Source of the DNA: an uncultured Candidatus Saccharibacteria bacterium
GTDB taxonomy: Bacteria > Patescibacteriota > Saccharimonadia > Saccharimonadales > CAZICT01
Direction: 5' to 3'
DNA: 64,000 nt
NCBI GenBank assembly: GCA_964537935.1
Contig: CAZICT010000001.1
Coordinates: 277,553-341,552 of the forward strand
Positions 37,919-49,100 of the stretch are shown here, piece after piece (the first letter of the stretch is position 1; each line of letters begins with the position of its first letter). The notes beneath the pieces are model-generated. The model was not told the origin of the DNA and did no database searches. It worked only from the letters and a program-made list of their open reading frames with translations. The translations under genes were made by a program, and so were the position numbers.

Positions 37919-38666
37919 ACCGTACAATCTCCTTCGCTAATTGTTTATACGCCCTTGCACCCTTTGACCATTTATCATGCTCACTAACCGGGACTCCATG
38001 ACTTGGGGCTTCGGCTAGTTTAATGTTACGTGGTATTCGTGTGTTCAAAAGCTTGTCGCCAAAATATTTTTTAAGTTCACTAGCCACTTGTCCGGAAAGC
38101 GAGGTACGTGAATCAAACATAGTTATCAAAACACCAAGCAATTCCAGCTGCGGATTAAGGTTCTGTTTTACGTATTGCATAGTACTGAGCAGTTGCGACA
38201 AACCTTCAAGCGCGTAGTATTCCGCCTGTACTGGGACCAGCAACCAGTCGGCTGCGGTCAGCGCATTAACAGTAAGTAGTCCAAGCGCAGGTGGACAGTC
38301 AATTAGTATGTAGTCGTAAGTCACCGGAGCTAACACCTGTTTTAAAAACAATTCTCTTTTCTCTTGGCCTGCCAGGTTGATCTCCGCATTCGCAAGCTCG
38401 GCGTTGGTTGGCATAATATATAAGTTATTAATAGCCGTCTCATAAATAGCCTTGTCTGCTAATTGCGGCGAAAACAGCACGTCGTACATTGCTTTATCAA
38501 GCTGCTGCTTGTCTAGCCCAACACCGCTGGTTGCATTGCCTTGAGGATCAAAATCAACAATAAGCACCGATTTACCCGCTTTAGCCAAGTAAGCGCCCAA
38601 GCTTATGGCGGTCGTGGTTTTACCTACCCCGCCCTTTTGGTTCAATATTGCTATAGTATTGCTCAT
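37908..38666 (-). CDS. parA: Chromosome partitioning ATPase ParA/Soj
   Basis: 252 aa with the deviant Walker A motif NQKGGVGKTT. Confidence 0.92.
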   Translation of the reverse strand: MSNTIAILNQKGGVGKTTTAISLGAYLAKAGKSVLIVDFDPQGNATSGVGLDKQQLDKAMYDVLFSPQLADKAIYETAINNLYIMPTNAELANAEINLAGQEKRELFLKQVLAPVTYDYILIDCPPALGLLTVNALTAADWLLVPVQAEYYALEGLSQLLSTMQYVKQNLNPQLELLGVLITMFDSRTSLSGQVASELKKYFGDKLLNTRIPRNIKLAEAPSHGVPVSEHDKWSKGARAYKQLAKEIVRYVS

Positions 38667-38754
38667 GTTTGTCTCTTAGTCTTTACTCTCTAACCATAAG
38701 CCTATCATCCTTATATTAAAGAGTAAATGAAGTCTTATGTTAAGTTAATAAATT

Positions 38755-41700
38755 CTAAGGTCCAATTTGAGTAATTTGACAGGAACTCCCGGTCCTGACA
38801 GTTACAGAGCTTGAACCTATTTCTGAGCGGAAACGAAGCTGTAAATTGCCGGCCGTACCACCTGTACGCACTGTTCCGTATACCCTAGCCGAGTAATCGG
38901 TATTCGCCGCCTGAACTCCGGTGCCTATAATCATATCGTTATTTGCGGTTCCCCACCCTGACATAATACCTCCGGTACCATCAGCTGCGACTGGAATATT
39001 GGCAGTATACGACAGCATACTGAAGCCCGATGGCACTGAAAAGCCAAGACCTATGCCAGTAGTAGTTGCTGCCGTCCGGAATACTACATCGCATTCATAT
39101 TTATACTCGGTATTGGCTCGCAGACTAAACGCCATGCCGCTCACATTACTAACTGTTGTAGACGTAGTGGATTGGTCTGCAGTTTTACGGATACGTGATG
39201 GAGCGCAATCTTGCCAGGAGCCGCTATAGCAACGGAAGGTGTTAGTTGCGGTATTAAAGTACATAGCACCAAGCGTGCCCGTAGGATCAGTGGCTGCATT
39301 AAATGAATCTAACACCATTAATACAGCCGTGGCATCAGATGTAGAAGAGCCAACCTGGACAACTCCTCCCGTAGAGTTAACGCTAAAGTATGACATACCT
39401 CCGGCTGCATTACGTACCTCAAGCGCAGCAGTAGCGTCAGAATTTATCTGTAAAGCGCCGCTATTAAAAATAGTAAATCTATTATTGCCGTCTCTTTGTA
39501 GGGTTAAGAGATTACCGGTTCCACTTGTTTTGTTTACAAGTATAGAAGTTTCTGTTCCGCTGTCATTAATGATAACGTTATCCGTAATCTCGGCTCCACC
39601 AGCCAATACTGCTAGACCACCGAAATAACTATCCTGAGCAGAGGCATTATAAATCGAATAATTACCGCTGGTCGGCGCAGTGCCTATAAGCAGTCCTACG
39701 TTATTATTACTGCCACGACTTAGGCTATCAATAACAATTCCGTAGTTGTTGGTAATTGTGCCGGTTCCCCCGGGATCAGTTATTCTTAACCCTGTACGGC
39801 TACCGACTGTAGCACCGGTATTTACCGTGCCGCCAGCTGTAAATTGTTGCCAGGCTGTGGTGTTCCAGGTGCCACCGTTAACCGAACCGAAGGTTGGCTG
39901 GCTGAAGATGTCATATTGCATAGGTTGTGTAACAATTGCTCCGTCAGCCTGGAAGTTTGGTTGGGCAGCCAAGGTGTAGAAGGAAGAAATCAAACGATCA
40001 TCTCCTGCAGTATTTTTGATAGTTGAAGCATTATTAAACAGTGTCCCGGCGCCAAACAGGTTGCTGTTCTGGGCAAATTCAACTGTCGGGGCAAACCACA
40101 ATGCATTTATGCCGCCGTTAGCAGCATTTATTGTTATGGTGGTGTTAGCCACCCTAATTATGTCCTGGGTGACAGTTGATGTATGATCATCTTCGAAGAA
40201 CGTAAATGTTCCATTGGATGTTAGGCTTAGCAAACTATTACCGCTACCGTCACGCCAGTCATTTAAGTGAGCTGTTTGACCATTGGCCGCTTGCACTATC
40301 TGGCCGATAGTACCGGCGCTGGTTACGATATGGAGCTGAGAATCATGTGTTATGCTGGCAGTCCCAATTCCGACTTTACCGTCGGCATCTATCCTGAATC
40401 TTTCCGTATCATCGGTTTTCAAAACCAGACCAAAGGCATCGTTGGTACCAAGAGTAGCTAAGCCGTTAAATGAATTACCGTTATTTATAAAAGCCGTTTC
40501 TGTCGTAGTGAAAGTAGAGCTACAGCCCGCCAATTGACCAGCAGTGTTTCGGCAGATAAGTGCATCATTATCGGCTGATCCGAGTGAACCTACAGTTACA
40601 ATACCTGAGGTGCTAAGCGTAGTAACACCGCTGACAGCACCGGCAGAAGATAGGTTAAATGCACTTGATGCAAGCGATAAGGTTCCTGTAGAGTTGCCGA
40701 TAATCGTATTTGCGGTTCCAGAAGAGTTTATAGTGGTGGCGCCTACAGCTGTTAGCCCACCTTCAACTTCGGCCCCCCCGGCCAGCACCATCAAGCCCCC
40801 AAAATAGTTATCATAAGTCGATGCGTTATAGATGGAGTAGTTACTGGCAGTCCCTGGAGGAGTACCGATTAGCAGATTTATATTGCGGGTTGAGCCACGC
40901 GCCAAATTATCCAGAGTTAGACCATAGTTAACGCCAATGGTGCCGGTACCACCCGGATCAGTCACTCGCAAACCATAGCGAGTGCCGATGCTGGCCCCGG
41001 CGTTCACGGTGCCACCAGCAGTAATTTGTTGCCAGGTCGTGGTGTTCCAAGTACCGCCGTTAGTAGTGCTGAAGGTTGGCTGGCTGAAGATGTCATATTG
41101 GAACGGTTGAGTAACAACCCCGTTGTCGGCCACGAGAGTTGGCTGGGCAGTAAGAGTGTAGAAGGAAGAAATCATCCTGTCAGAGCCAGATGTGTTCTTG
41201 ATGGTAGCGGCATTGTTAAACAGCAGGCCGGCACCGAATATATTACTGTTTTGAGCAAACTCAACTGTCGGAGCAAACCAAAAAGCGTTAATGCCGCCAT
41301 TAGCGGAATTTAGAGTAATACTGGTATTGTCGACATTTATCAGGCTCATAGGGGCTGTGAGGGTAGCATTGTCTTCGAAGAAGCGGAGACCTCCCCCAAG
41401 AGAAACATTGCCGGCAATACTTGTATTACCGCTTTTATCGACGACAAAAACATTATTGCCATTACCCTGCATTTGGATCAAGCCGCCGCTTCCGGTTTGA
41501 TTAAGGCGCAGACCAGCCGCACTGCTGTTAATTGATTGTACGCTCAGTGGCGCTTTATGAAGTAAATCATCCGCGGTTACTGTTCCTGTGCCGTATCGAA
41601 GCGCACCAGCTTGGCTTGCGGTGAATGCGTGCGGAACAGCAGTGAGCTTGAGTCTCGGAGACATTTCTCCATCGCTATTGACATTCATGGTTAGCCATAA

Positions 41701-42090
41701 CTCCTGCGACCAATCGATAGAACTTGTAAACGGCGTTACATCTCCCAGTCGTGTGCTGATATATCCACCCTTGGAACTTACTGCCGGATGTACCTCTGAC
41801 CATATCTCCGTACCACCCGCTTCTTGAGAATAAAGCTTAAACTCAATGCTGTAACTGTCGTCCTCAACAATATCACCGCTCACTCGTGACAGCCTTGCCT
41901 GGAAGTTAAGCGTTGAGCTTGGTGCTGCGCTAGCTGTGTTTACACTCACGCGCGTATATGTATATAAACCGATTAACACAAAACAAAACAAAAACAGCCC
42001 CACTACCCTCTTACCAAGGGTATAGAGCCTTCTATCGACGCTTGTCCTACGTCGCAAAATGGTTAACTGCTTTTTTGCCAGCTTCACCAA
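38755..42090 (-). CDS. Giant secreted fibre-like protein A (1111 aa), function unknown
   Basis: Uninterrupted 3.3-kb ORF. Basic N-terminus plus a TM/signal helix (GLFLFCFVLIGLYTYT) with a cleavage-like TASA/AP site. It shares its N-terminal domain and a Cys-loop cassette with the 2520-aa ORF. It has an internal 206-aa duplication and a GKVGIGT motif. The start is TTG at 42090 or GTG at 42087. The confidence refers to coding status, not function. Confidence 0.85.
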   Translation of the reverse strand: MVKLAKKQLTILRRRTSVDRRLYTLGKRVVGLFLFCFVLIGLYTYTRVSVNTASAAPSSTLNFQARLSRVSGDIVEDDSYSIEFKLYSQEAGGTEIWSEVHPAVSSKGGYISTRLGDVTPFTSSIDWSQELWLTMNVNSDGEMSPRLKLTAVPHAFTASQAGALRYGTGTVTADDLLHKAPLSVQSINSSAAGLRLNQTGSGGLIQMQGNGNNVFVVDKSGNTSIAGNVSLGGGLRFFEDNATLTAPMSLINVDNTSITLNSANGGINAFWFAPTVEFAQNSNIFGAGLLFNNAATIKNTSGSDRMISSFYTLTAQPTLVADNGVVTQPFQYDIFSQPTFSTTNGGTWNTTTWQQITAGGTVNAGASIGTRYGLRVTDPGGTGTIGVNYGLTLDNLARGSTRNINLLIGTPPGTASNYSIYNASTYDNYFGGLMVLAGGAEVEGGLTAVGATTINSSGTANTIIGNSTGTLSLASSAFNLSSAGAVSGVTTLSTSGIVTVGSLGSADNDALICRNTAGQLAGCSSTFTTTETAFINNGNSFNGLATLGTNDAFGLVLKTDDTERFRIDADGKVGIGTASITHDSQLHIVTSAGTIGQIVQAANGQTAHLNDWRDGSGNSLLSLTSNGTFTFFEDDHTSTVTQDIIRVANTTITINAANGGINALWFAPTVEFAQNSNLFGAGTLFNNASTIKNTAGDDRLISSFYTLAAQPNFQADGAIVTQPMQYDIFSQPTFGSVNGGTWNTTAWQQFTAGGTVNTGATVGSRTGLRITDPGGTGTITNNYGIVIDSLSRGSNNNVGLLIGTAPTSGNYSIYNASAQDSYFGGLAVLAGGAEITDNVIINDSGTETSILVNKTSGTGNLLTLQRDGNNRFTIFNSGALQINSDATAALEVRNAAGGMSYFSVNSTGGVVQVGSSTSDATAVLMVLDSFNAATDPTGTLGAMYFNTATNTFRCYSGSWQDCAPSRIRKTADQSTTSTTVSNVSGMAFSLRANTEYKYECDVVFRTAATTTGIGLGFSVPSGFSMLSYTANIPVAADGTGGIMSGWGTANNDMIIGTGVQAANTDYSARVYGTVRTGGTAGNLQLRFRSEIGSSSVTVRTGSSCQITQIGP
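39583..40200 (-). repeat. Protein A internal repeat, copy 2 (aa 631-836)
   Basis: FFEDDHTSTV...INALWFAPTVEFAQNSNLFGAGTLFNNASTIKNT...YFGGLAVLAGGAEITD aligns without large gaps to copy 1. More than half of residues appear identical by eye. Confidence 0.85.
40762..41382 (-). repeat. Protein A internal repeat, copy 1 (aa 237-443)
   Basis: FFEDNATLTA...INAFWFAPTVEFAQNSNIFGAGLLFNNAATIKNT...YFGGLMVLAGGAEVEG. Confidence 0.85.
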
Positions 42091-42164
42091 ACTTCCTATT
42101 TTTTGTTTTGTTTTTGTTTTGTCCCGGTAGTGAGCTTTCGTGTGCTTTTATGGATTAAAAGCTC

Positions 42165-42183
42165 GGCCTTTCTTTGGAAGGCC
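42165..42183 (-). terminator. GC-rich hairpin between the 269-aa gene and giant gene A (terminator or leader structure)
   Basis: GGCCTT (42165-42170) pairs with AAGGCC (42178-42183) across a 7-nt loop. On the minus strand it is followed by GAGCTTTTAAT. Confidence 0.35.
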
Positions 42184-42234
42184 TCACGCAAGTCTACTAC
42201 AGGGTTGATCTTTTTGTTTTTACAGATCATTACC

Positions 42235-42264
42235 AGTGTAGTACTTTTCCATATGCACTTTCAA
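42235..42264 (-). promoter_or_regulatory. Candidate promoter upstream of giant gene A
   Basis: Minus strand: TTGAAA (42264-42259), an 18-nt spacer, then TACACT (42240-42235). It lies upstream of the hairpin at 42165-42183, so the hairpin would sit in the leader if this promoter is real. Confidence 0.3.
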
Positions 42265-42345
42265 GGTGTTTATAGTCTGTTAATGTGGATAAGTTATTTA
42301 TCTTAAAGAGAGTTAAACTAGCCTTTTAATACTAGTATTCTAGGA

Positions 42346-43155
42346 CTAGTTAAGTTTGGTTATATATTCCGCCCAATCGGGTTTATCAATTGGACGAACC
42401 GATTGTATGAATACTAGGAGGTCTTTTTTATGGAAAATCACTGTTTGGGGGCCTTTCTCAGAAGTTCCCAGGTAAGCGGTGGGGTTAGCTGTTTCAATAA
42501 CTTCGGTCGCATAGAAATCTCTAGCAAGTGCCGCTACTTTGCTATCAGGATCATCTTTGAATTCTTCAGGTAATGGCTGTTGGCTTATGGTGACCTGTAC
42601 GTTAGCTATCAAGTCAGTAAAGCTTGCGACTCTCTTTTTTGAATCGTAACTGATGTGCTTGCTGGTGGTTTCTTCCGTTTTGCCGTCAGGAAGCACGGTG
42701 CTGAACTCAGGTTCTGAGGTCTCAGCCAGCACTCCGCTAGGATCAGCATCGTTTGACCGAAACTTCTTAACAGCTTGGAATCCGCCTACGCCTACCACCA
42801 GAATTGCTACGACGATACCGGAATACATCAGGTGTCTGCGCTTTATATTCGCTTTAGGTAATGTAATTTTGGGAAGAGTGAGCTTTAATGATACGTTTAC
42901 CTCTTTTTTCTCTTCAATCTTTTCTTTGGCCGGCTGTGATTTAGGTAGCTTCGGAGGCTGTAGTTCGGCTTTTTTATAAACAGGCTTATCAGGCTGTTTC
43001 TTGGCAGCGTAACGAATACGATCGCGCGAAATCTTTGCGCTCTTTTGCGGCTTGTTTTTCTTTACCTTATGATTGTCTATCCTTTGACGAAGCGCCTCCC
43101 ATTCCGGGTCGTCATCCAACCAAAAGCCGTTTGATTTGTTACCTTTACCACTCAT
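42346..43155 (-). CDS. Hypothetical bitopic membrane protein with Lys-rich cytoplasmic N-terminus
   Basis: 269 aa. About 105 aa of basic N-terminal region, one TM helix (YSGIVVAILVVGVGGFQAV), then an ~140-aa external domain with no recognised motif. Confidence 0.55.
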   Translation of the reverse strand: MSGKGNKSNGFWLDDDPEWEALRQRIDNHKVKKNKPQKSAKISRDRIRYAAKKQPDKPVYKKAELQPPKLPKSQPAKEKIEEKKEVNVSLKLTLPKITLPKANIKRRHLMYSGIVVAILVVGVGGFQAVKKFRSNDADPSGVLAETSEPEFSTVLPDGKTEETTSKHISYDSKKRVASFTDLIANVQVTISQQPLPEEFKDDPDSKVAALARDFYATEVIETANPTAYLGTSEKGPQTVIFHKKDLLVFIQSVRPIDKPDWAEYITKLN

Positions 43156-43186
43156 GTTGAACGTAGCTTATCATAAATTTTAACGC

Positions 43187-46100
43187 TTAAGGGAATGGTG
43201 TATCGAGCGGCTGTTGTTCACCGCCGGTGAAAGTCTTGCCATGGCGTAACCGCTTGCTCGGGTCACTCGTAAAGAACAGTGTTAAGTCATGGATTGTAGG
43301 ACCGCGCGTCACGTCGTCCGGGTAACCGTAGGTTCTAGAACTGTCGATAGTCAGGTTAATGTGGTGATATCTGGAGAAATGAGTCGGATCACCGTTCGCA
43401 TCCACCGGTATATAATCTTCCGGTTGGCCAAGCGTGACTTCTCCAAAAACCGTTTCCTGCCCCCAGGCGATTGTGGCGGCAGTTGATGACCTGTAGCTTA
43501 AGGCCCAGCGGGCACCAATTGAGTTATCAAGCCCGTTCAGCAACCACTTGGTCGGGAAAACGTCTGTATCCGTATCAATTAAACGCGTATAACGCGCTAC
43601 CTGCGGCTGCGACATTAACGATGAATATACCACTCTGTTCAATCCTGTATATTCAACTCCACTCGCACCGGCTTTGACTATCCTGACATTATCAATTACC
43701 CAGTGGTCATTTCCCTCACCACTATTTGTTACTTGTGTCCATCGAAAACGGGTACTGGATGTTTGCGCACCGGCCGGTACACTTACTTCAACTGTGGTCA
43801 TCGTTGGGAAGTTTGTCTCGTCATATGTTGCTATAGTAGTCCAGTTGGAGCCGCTATTAGTCGAATACTGTAAGATTACATCCTCACCCGCCTCGGGAGC
43901 ATTACATGATCCGCTGTTAACTGTAGGTATATATAAATCAAAGAAGATTGTACCGCCGCTTGAAACATCTACATCTACCGTATCTGCCCTGTCAGTACCC
44001 CCAGATGAATGAAGCGCGTTTCCGCTGACTGATGTACAGAACGTTGCTGCGGACATCCCGACCGTACTCGACCATTGAGAACCATCTATACTCGGATCAA
44101 AATCGTCTTGCTGAACTGTTAGAGGTGCGGTGCAGCCTCCGCCAAGAACATAAACCTTCCCTTGGTCATAAACCGCTGCTGACCCAAACCTGTCACCGCT
44201 ATATCTTGAACTTGTTTCATACCATTCCCCTATACCTGTCGGATTGTTGCCGCTCGCTATAGTGGTGTTGGCGCTTATAGGGGCAATTAACGTATTTGAG
44301 TCACAGCTACTATCATTTTTTCTGCCACCTACCAGATACATATAGCCGTTAGCCGCAAAGCCGTCTCCTTGACGTATAGCCGTTGGCAGACTGGTCGTAA
44401 AACTCCAACTATCAAGCGTTCCATTAGTGTTAATTTGGTTGTACTGAACGTCATTCAGGTAGTTTGAACCATCATAGCCTCCAAGCGTATATAGGTTATT
44501 GGCGTATGCTATGGCAGTAAGGCCGCTTCGTGCTACGTTTATTGGAGTACTCGTGGACCAGCCAGATGTTATGTTTCCGCCGCTGGTGAGAGGCGGGCTG
44601 ACATATACTGTATTAGTAACATTGCCGTTATCGTCTTCACCGCCAACTACAAATAGCCGATCATTCCATTCTGCCGCACCAAAGTCGGCACGTGCGGATG
44701 GTAATCCGTTTGAAGCAGTAGACCATGAGGTTATGTTTCCGCCGCTGCCCGGCGTAGCATAATACACTGTAGAAACAGGGCTTCCGGAAGAATACACCGG
44801 ATGCGGATACGAATAGTAAGTATTAGACATTGGACGGTTAAGCGTAGAATCGGGTAGTTGCCACCCTATCTCCGCGTGGTCGCCGCCACCGCCTTCTTTA
44901 TAGTTTACTTCTATGTAATACCTGTGGCCGGCTACTAGCGGTATCAGCGCAGACTGTTGCTCTCCGTACTTAGTCCATTCGTTAACATTGGTCCAGCTGC
45001 CATTAGGAACACTTGCAATGGTCGTAGCGCCACTGGGACGCTCATCTGTGCTTAATCTAAGCTCTGCCGCATCGTCAGCGGCTACCCAGAATCTGTAATT
45101 GCCGGTCTGCGGGGCACAAATTACAGCTGAGAGCCTGCCGCCAAATTGATCCGCAATATCAACGGGAGTTGATAAACTTGCTCCATTAATCGTCTGAGTT
45201 GAACTCGGGTTGTCAGGATAAATGCCGCTACTGTAGAGATCATTGATGCTTGTTCCGCCGCCTATGCTGTTATACCTTTCAAAGCGAGCAGTGCCATCAG
45301 CTGAGCATGAACCAGGATCTGGTGAAGAGTAATAAGTATTGGACATCGGGCGATTAAGGGTACCGCCTGGGAGTGTCCAGCCAACACTTACATGGTCTCC
45401 ACCGCCACCCTCCTTATAGTTAGCCTCTAAATAATATTGCTTACCGGCCACCAAGGATATTGGTGATGACTGCTGCTGAGGATATTTAGTCCACTCTGTA
45501 ATACCGGAATATCCGGGGACCGAAGCTATAGTGGTTGCGTTCGCTCGAGTGGTATCAGTACTTAATCTAAGCTCCGTTCCATCGTCACCAGCCACCCAGA
45601 AGGTGTAATTACCGGTTATCGGCACACAAATCAGTGCAGATACTCTTCCGCCAAAATTATCTGCGATATTTGCAGGTGATGTGAGCGTAGATCCGGTAAG
45701 AATCTGCGTAGAGCTCGGGTTATCCGGGAAGTTAGGGCTGCTATACAGGTCATTTATAGATGTGCCGCCTATTCCGTCGTATCTCTCGAATAGGGCCGTT
45801 CCATCAGCCGTACATTCTGTCGCACCTCTACCACCAAGATAATAGAGCGACCCTCCGGCTGTTTCCAGCTGTCCATATGCTCGGTTTTCCGGAAGATTTC
45901 CGCTTGCCGTAGACCAGGTACCGACCGTACCATCCGGATTAAGCTGAGCATACTGGACATCATTAACCATACCTTCACACTCTGTGCTGCCTACACAACC
46001 ACCGGCAATATATATATATCCGTCAAGTACCGTTGCACTTACTCCAATTCTGTCGGTCGCAAATAAGTTAGAAGATGTTTTATACTCTGCCGGCGCACCG

Positions 46101-49100
46101 CTGTCGTTATTATATAGCTGGAAAGTCTGAACCATGTCGGTCCTGGTGTTACATCCCCCCGGACTAACACCATCTGTACAGCCGCCTATGACGAAAGCAT
46201 AAGAATTAGATACCGGTACGTTAAGTCCCCACCGCTGATTTATGACAACAGATGAAACATCGAAAGGCTCCAGATTTCCATTGCTAACATTGATCTTGGC
46301 GTACTGGATATCAGACAGCACACCTCCTTGTGCAGCATCATAACCACCGACTGCGTATAAGTAGCCGTTATATCCAAAACTTGTGCCTCGTCTACGTCCA
46401 ATAGACATCACTATAGGATCGCCGTTTGAATCAGTTGGTTCAATCCAGCTATTACCGCTTACTGCCACTACATTATTGTTATTATCAAATTTTGCATAGC
46501 GGATTGATGAGAGGTCCAGTGCATTATCTCCAGGTGCTACTCCACCGACTAAATATATATAGTTTGCATAAACCGTACCTGCGTGTAACGCCAGACCTGG
46601 AGCATTAGCTTCTCTAATAGTACCGATTTGTAACTGACCAGAAGTGGTACAATCATTTGCATTGTCCTCTTCTATCATTCCGTCTGTCCTTATATTGCAT
46701 TTATAGACTTCCTGGGAGTTAGAACCAGACGGACAGCCGGCGCCACTTGTGCTTCCGCTGCAGCCACCAAATATAAATAGATTCCCCGGATATGTTCCTG
46801 CTGAATAGGGGTTAGCACGGGCATAGGCAAAAGTATAAGATACCGATGTAGCCGCGATAGCCGAGAAGCTTTGTGAAGTCCAGGCTCCATCTAAACTACC
46901 GTCACTGTTTACGGCAATATGATAAATATTCCCCTTAAGCCCCGACCCGCTTTGCCCACCGATAATATAAATTCTGCTATTAAATACTGCGACACCAGCG
47001 GCCGCTACTCCCCCCGGCACTGGATTTGAAGTATCCACGCAATAAGATGCACTCACCGTACCGCCAGGACATGATACCGGCCTAGTTAGTCTTCCATTGG
47101 AACCAATGGCTGAATAAATAGTGTTTCCAGTCGTAGATGTGCAGCCATTATTTGTACAACCTCCTATAATATAAAGATACCCGTTAACTATGGCTGTTAC
47201 ATTAAGCATGTTCCCTATTGTCGCTGTACCAGGCAGGTGACAGTTGTAAGGGTCAGACCCAGAACAAGGACTGTTACCGCTTGGAACGGTTGTACTTACT
47301 GTACTTGCGTCGCCGTCCTGGTTAATAATCCCGTATTCAACGCTGTTTGTTGCCCCTACACAGCTGCCATTTACCGTACTTTGGGCAGAACATCCCCCCA
47401 CTCTGTATAAAGTATTCCGCCAGGATACTAATCCAAACCCAATGAGCTGATTAGAAACTCCTTGCACGGTATTCCATTCGGCAAGACTGCCATCAGCATT
47501 AATACTAGCCAGCTGAACATCCGTTTCAATATCCAAACAATATCCACTGCCGTTGACTGAAGAACATCCGCCCGCCAGATATATATATCCGCCCCATATT
47601 GCCGTAAAGCTTCCGCCCCAGGTCATACGTCCTTCATCAAAACTATTGGTTTGAACCCAGTTGTTCATAGTGCCGTCGTTGTTCAAAACCGTATAATGCA
47701 CCGTATCCTGCATGGAGCTACCGCTCCGTCCACCAATCAGATAAAGTCTGTCGTTATAAACCTGCGTAGAATGACCATAGCGCACAGACGGTAAACTGGT
47801 CATCCCGGTCGTTGACCACGCGCTAAAAGTACCCGTAGGATTTAAGTTGGCGTATTCCATTGTACTAACTCCACCGGGATTAGCATTGGTCTGCCCGCCC
47901 ATTATATACAACCGGTTATTATAAGCAGCTGCCGCCAAATAACTACGCTCACTGGATAAGTTAGTTTCCGAACCGCGGTACCAATATACCCAGTTGTCAG
48001 GATTATTATCGGTCGGATGCCACAAGCTTGGTTCACCGTTAACTCCAATTTTTGCTATATATATATGATTTGATCTGGTACCGTTCTCGTTTACCCCGCC
48101 AATCGCGTAAAGATACCCGTTATATGCCACCAAAGACAGGCCGACCCGGGTTACGGGTAGATCATAATCGGGTTCAGTGCACCAATCATCACAAACGCCC
48201 GCGCCGGGGTTAGGGCTTTCTATGGCATGGGTAGTTGGGTTAAATTTTGCCCAATAGACTGCGTTTTCACCATTACCCTCTCCGGGGTCTTCATCAGGCG
48301 GCTCATAGGTAATGATTACTCTTCCGTTCGCCCCAGATCCACCGGTTGTGTTGCGGCCTCCAGCTCCTCCTCCACCAAGTGCATTTCCAGCTCCACTAGT
48401 AGCATTTCCACCATTACCACCACCTTCTGAACCTCCAGCTCCTCCTGAGGTACCGGAGGCATTGCCACCACCTTGTGTTGTGCCAGCGCCGCCACCGCCG
48501 CCACCGCCATTACTAAAAGTGCCTCCATTTGCTCCATTACCGCCGGAATACTTAACGTCACCGACCGAAGAGCCTGCTTGACCACCTGACCCCCCAGACG
48601 TACCAGAACCGCCAGAACCACCTAGAGCCATTGCTGTAGATGTATTAATGAAATACGAGCTCCCACCCGTTTGTCCTGCTGAACCGCCTTGTCCAACAAC
48701 TACGTTATAGTTAGCACTAGGAGTAACAGAAACAGTACGACGCACATAAGCTCCGCCGCCACCGCCGCCAGAACCGGTAAAAGAACTAGTACTTGTTGCG
48801 CCACCGCCGCCAGCACCCCAGGCATGAACTGTCACCTCTGTTACACCTTCAGGCACCGTCCAGGTGTCAGAAGAGTCAAAGACAACCTCTTGCTCATTTC
48901 CTGAAGCCGCCTGGAGCACATAGCGAACCACCACTATGCCGGAGCCACCATCGCCACCTCGACCGCTTGAGCCGGCGCCTTGCGTACCACCACCGCCACC
49001 GCCAGTGTTTGGTTGACCGTCTTGCCCGTCCGTATTACCACCTCCGGCGCCACCGCCACCGGCACCGCCAGCGCCGCCATTATCACCGGAAGCACCACCA

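Noticed and set aside
42284-42292. A perfect DnaA-box 9-mer (TTATCCACA on the minus strand) about 3.6 kb from parA, raising the possibility of a nearby oriC. A relaxed box, TTTTCCACA, lies at 59320-59328.
   Set aside because: These are single isolated boxes. I see no cluster, no dnaA or dnaN gene and no obvious AT-rich unwinding element next to them. This is insufficient for an origin call.
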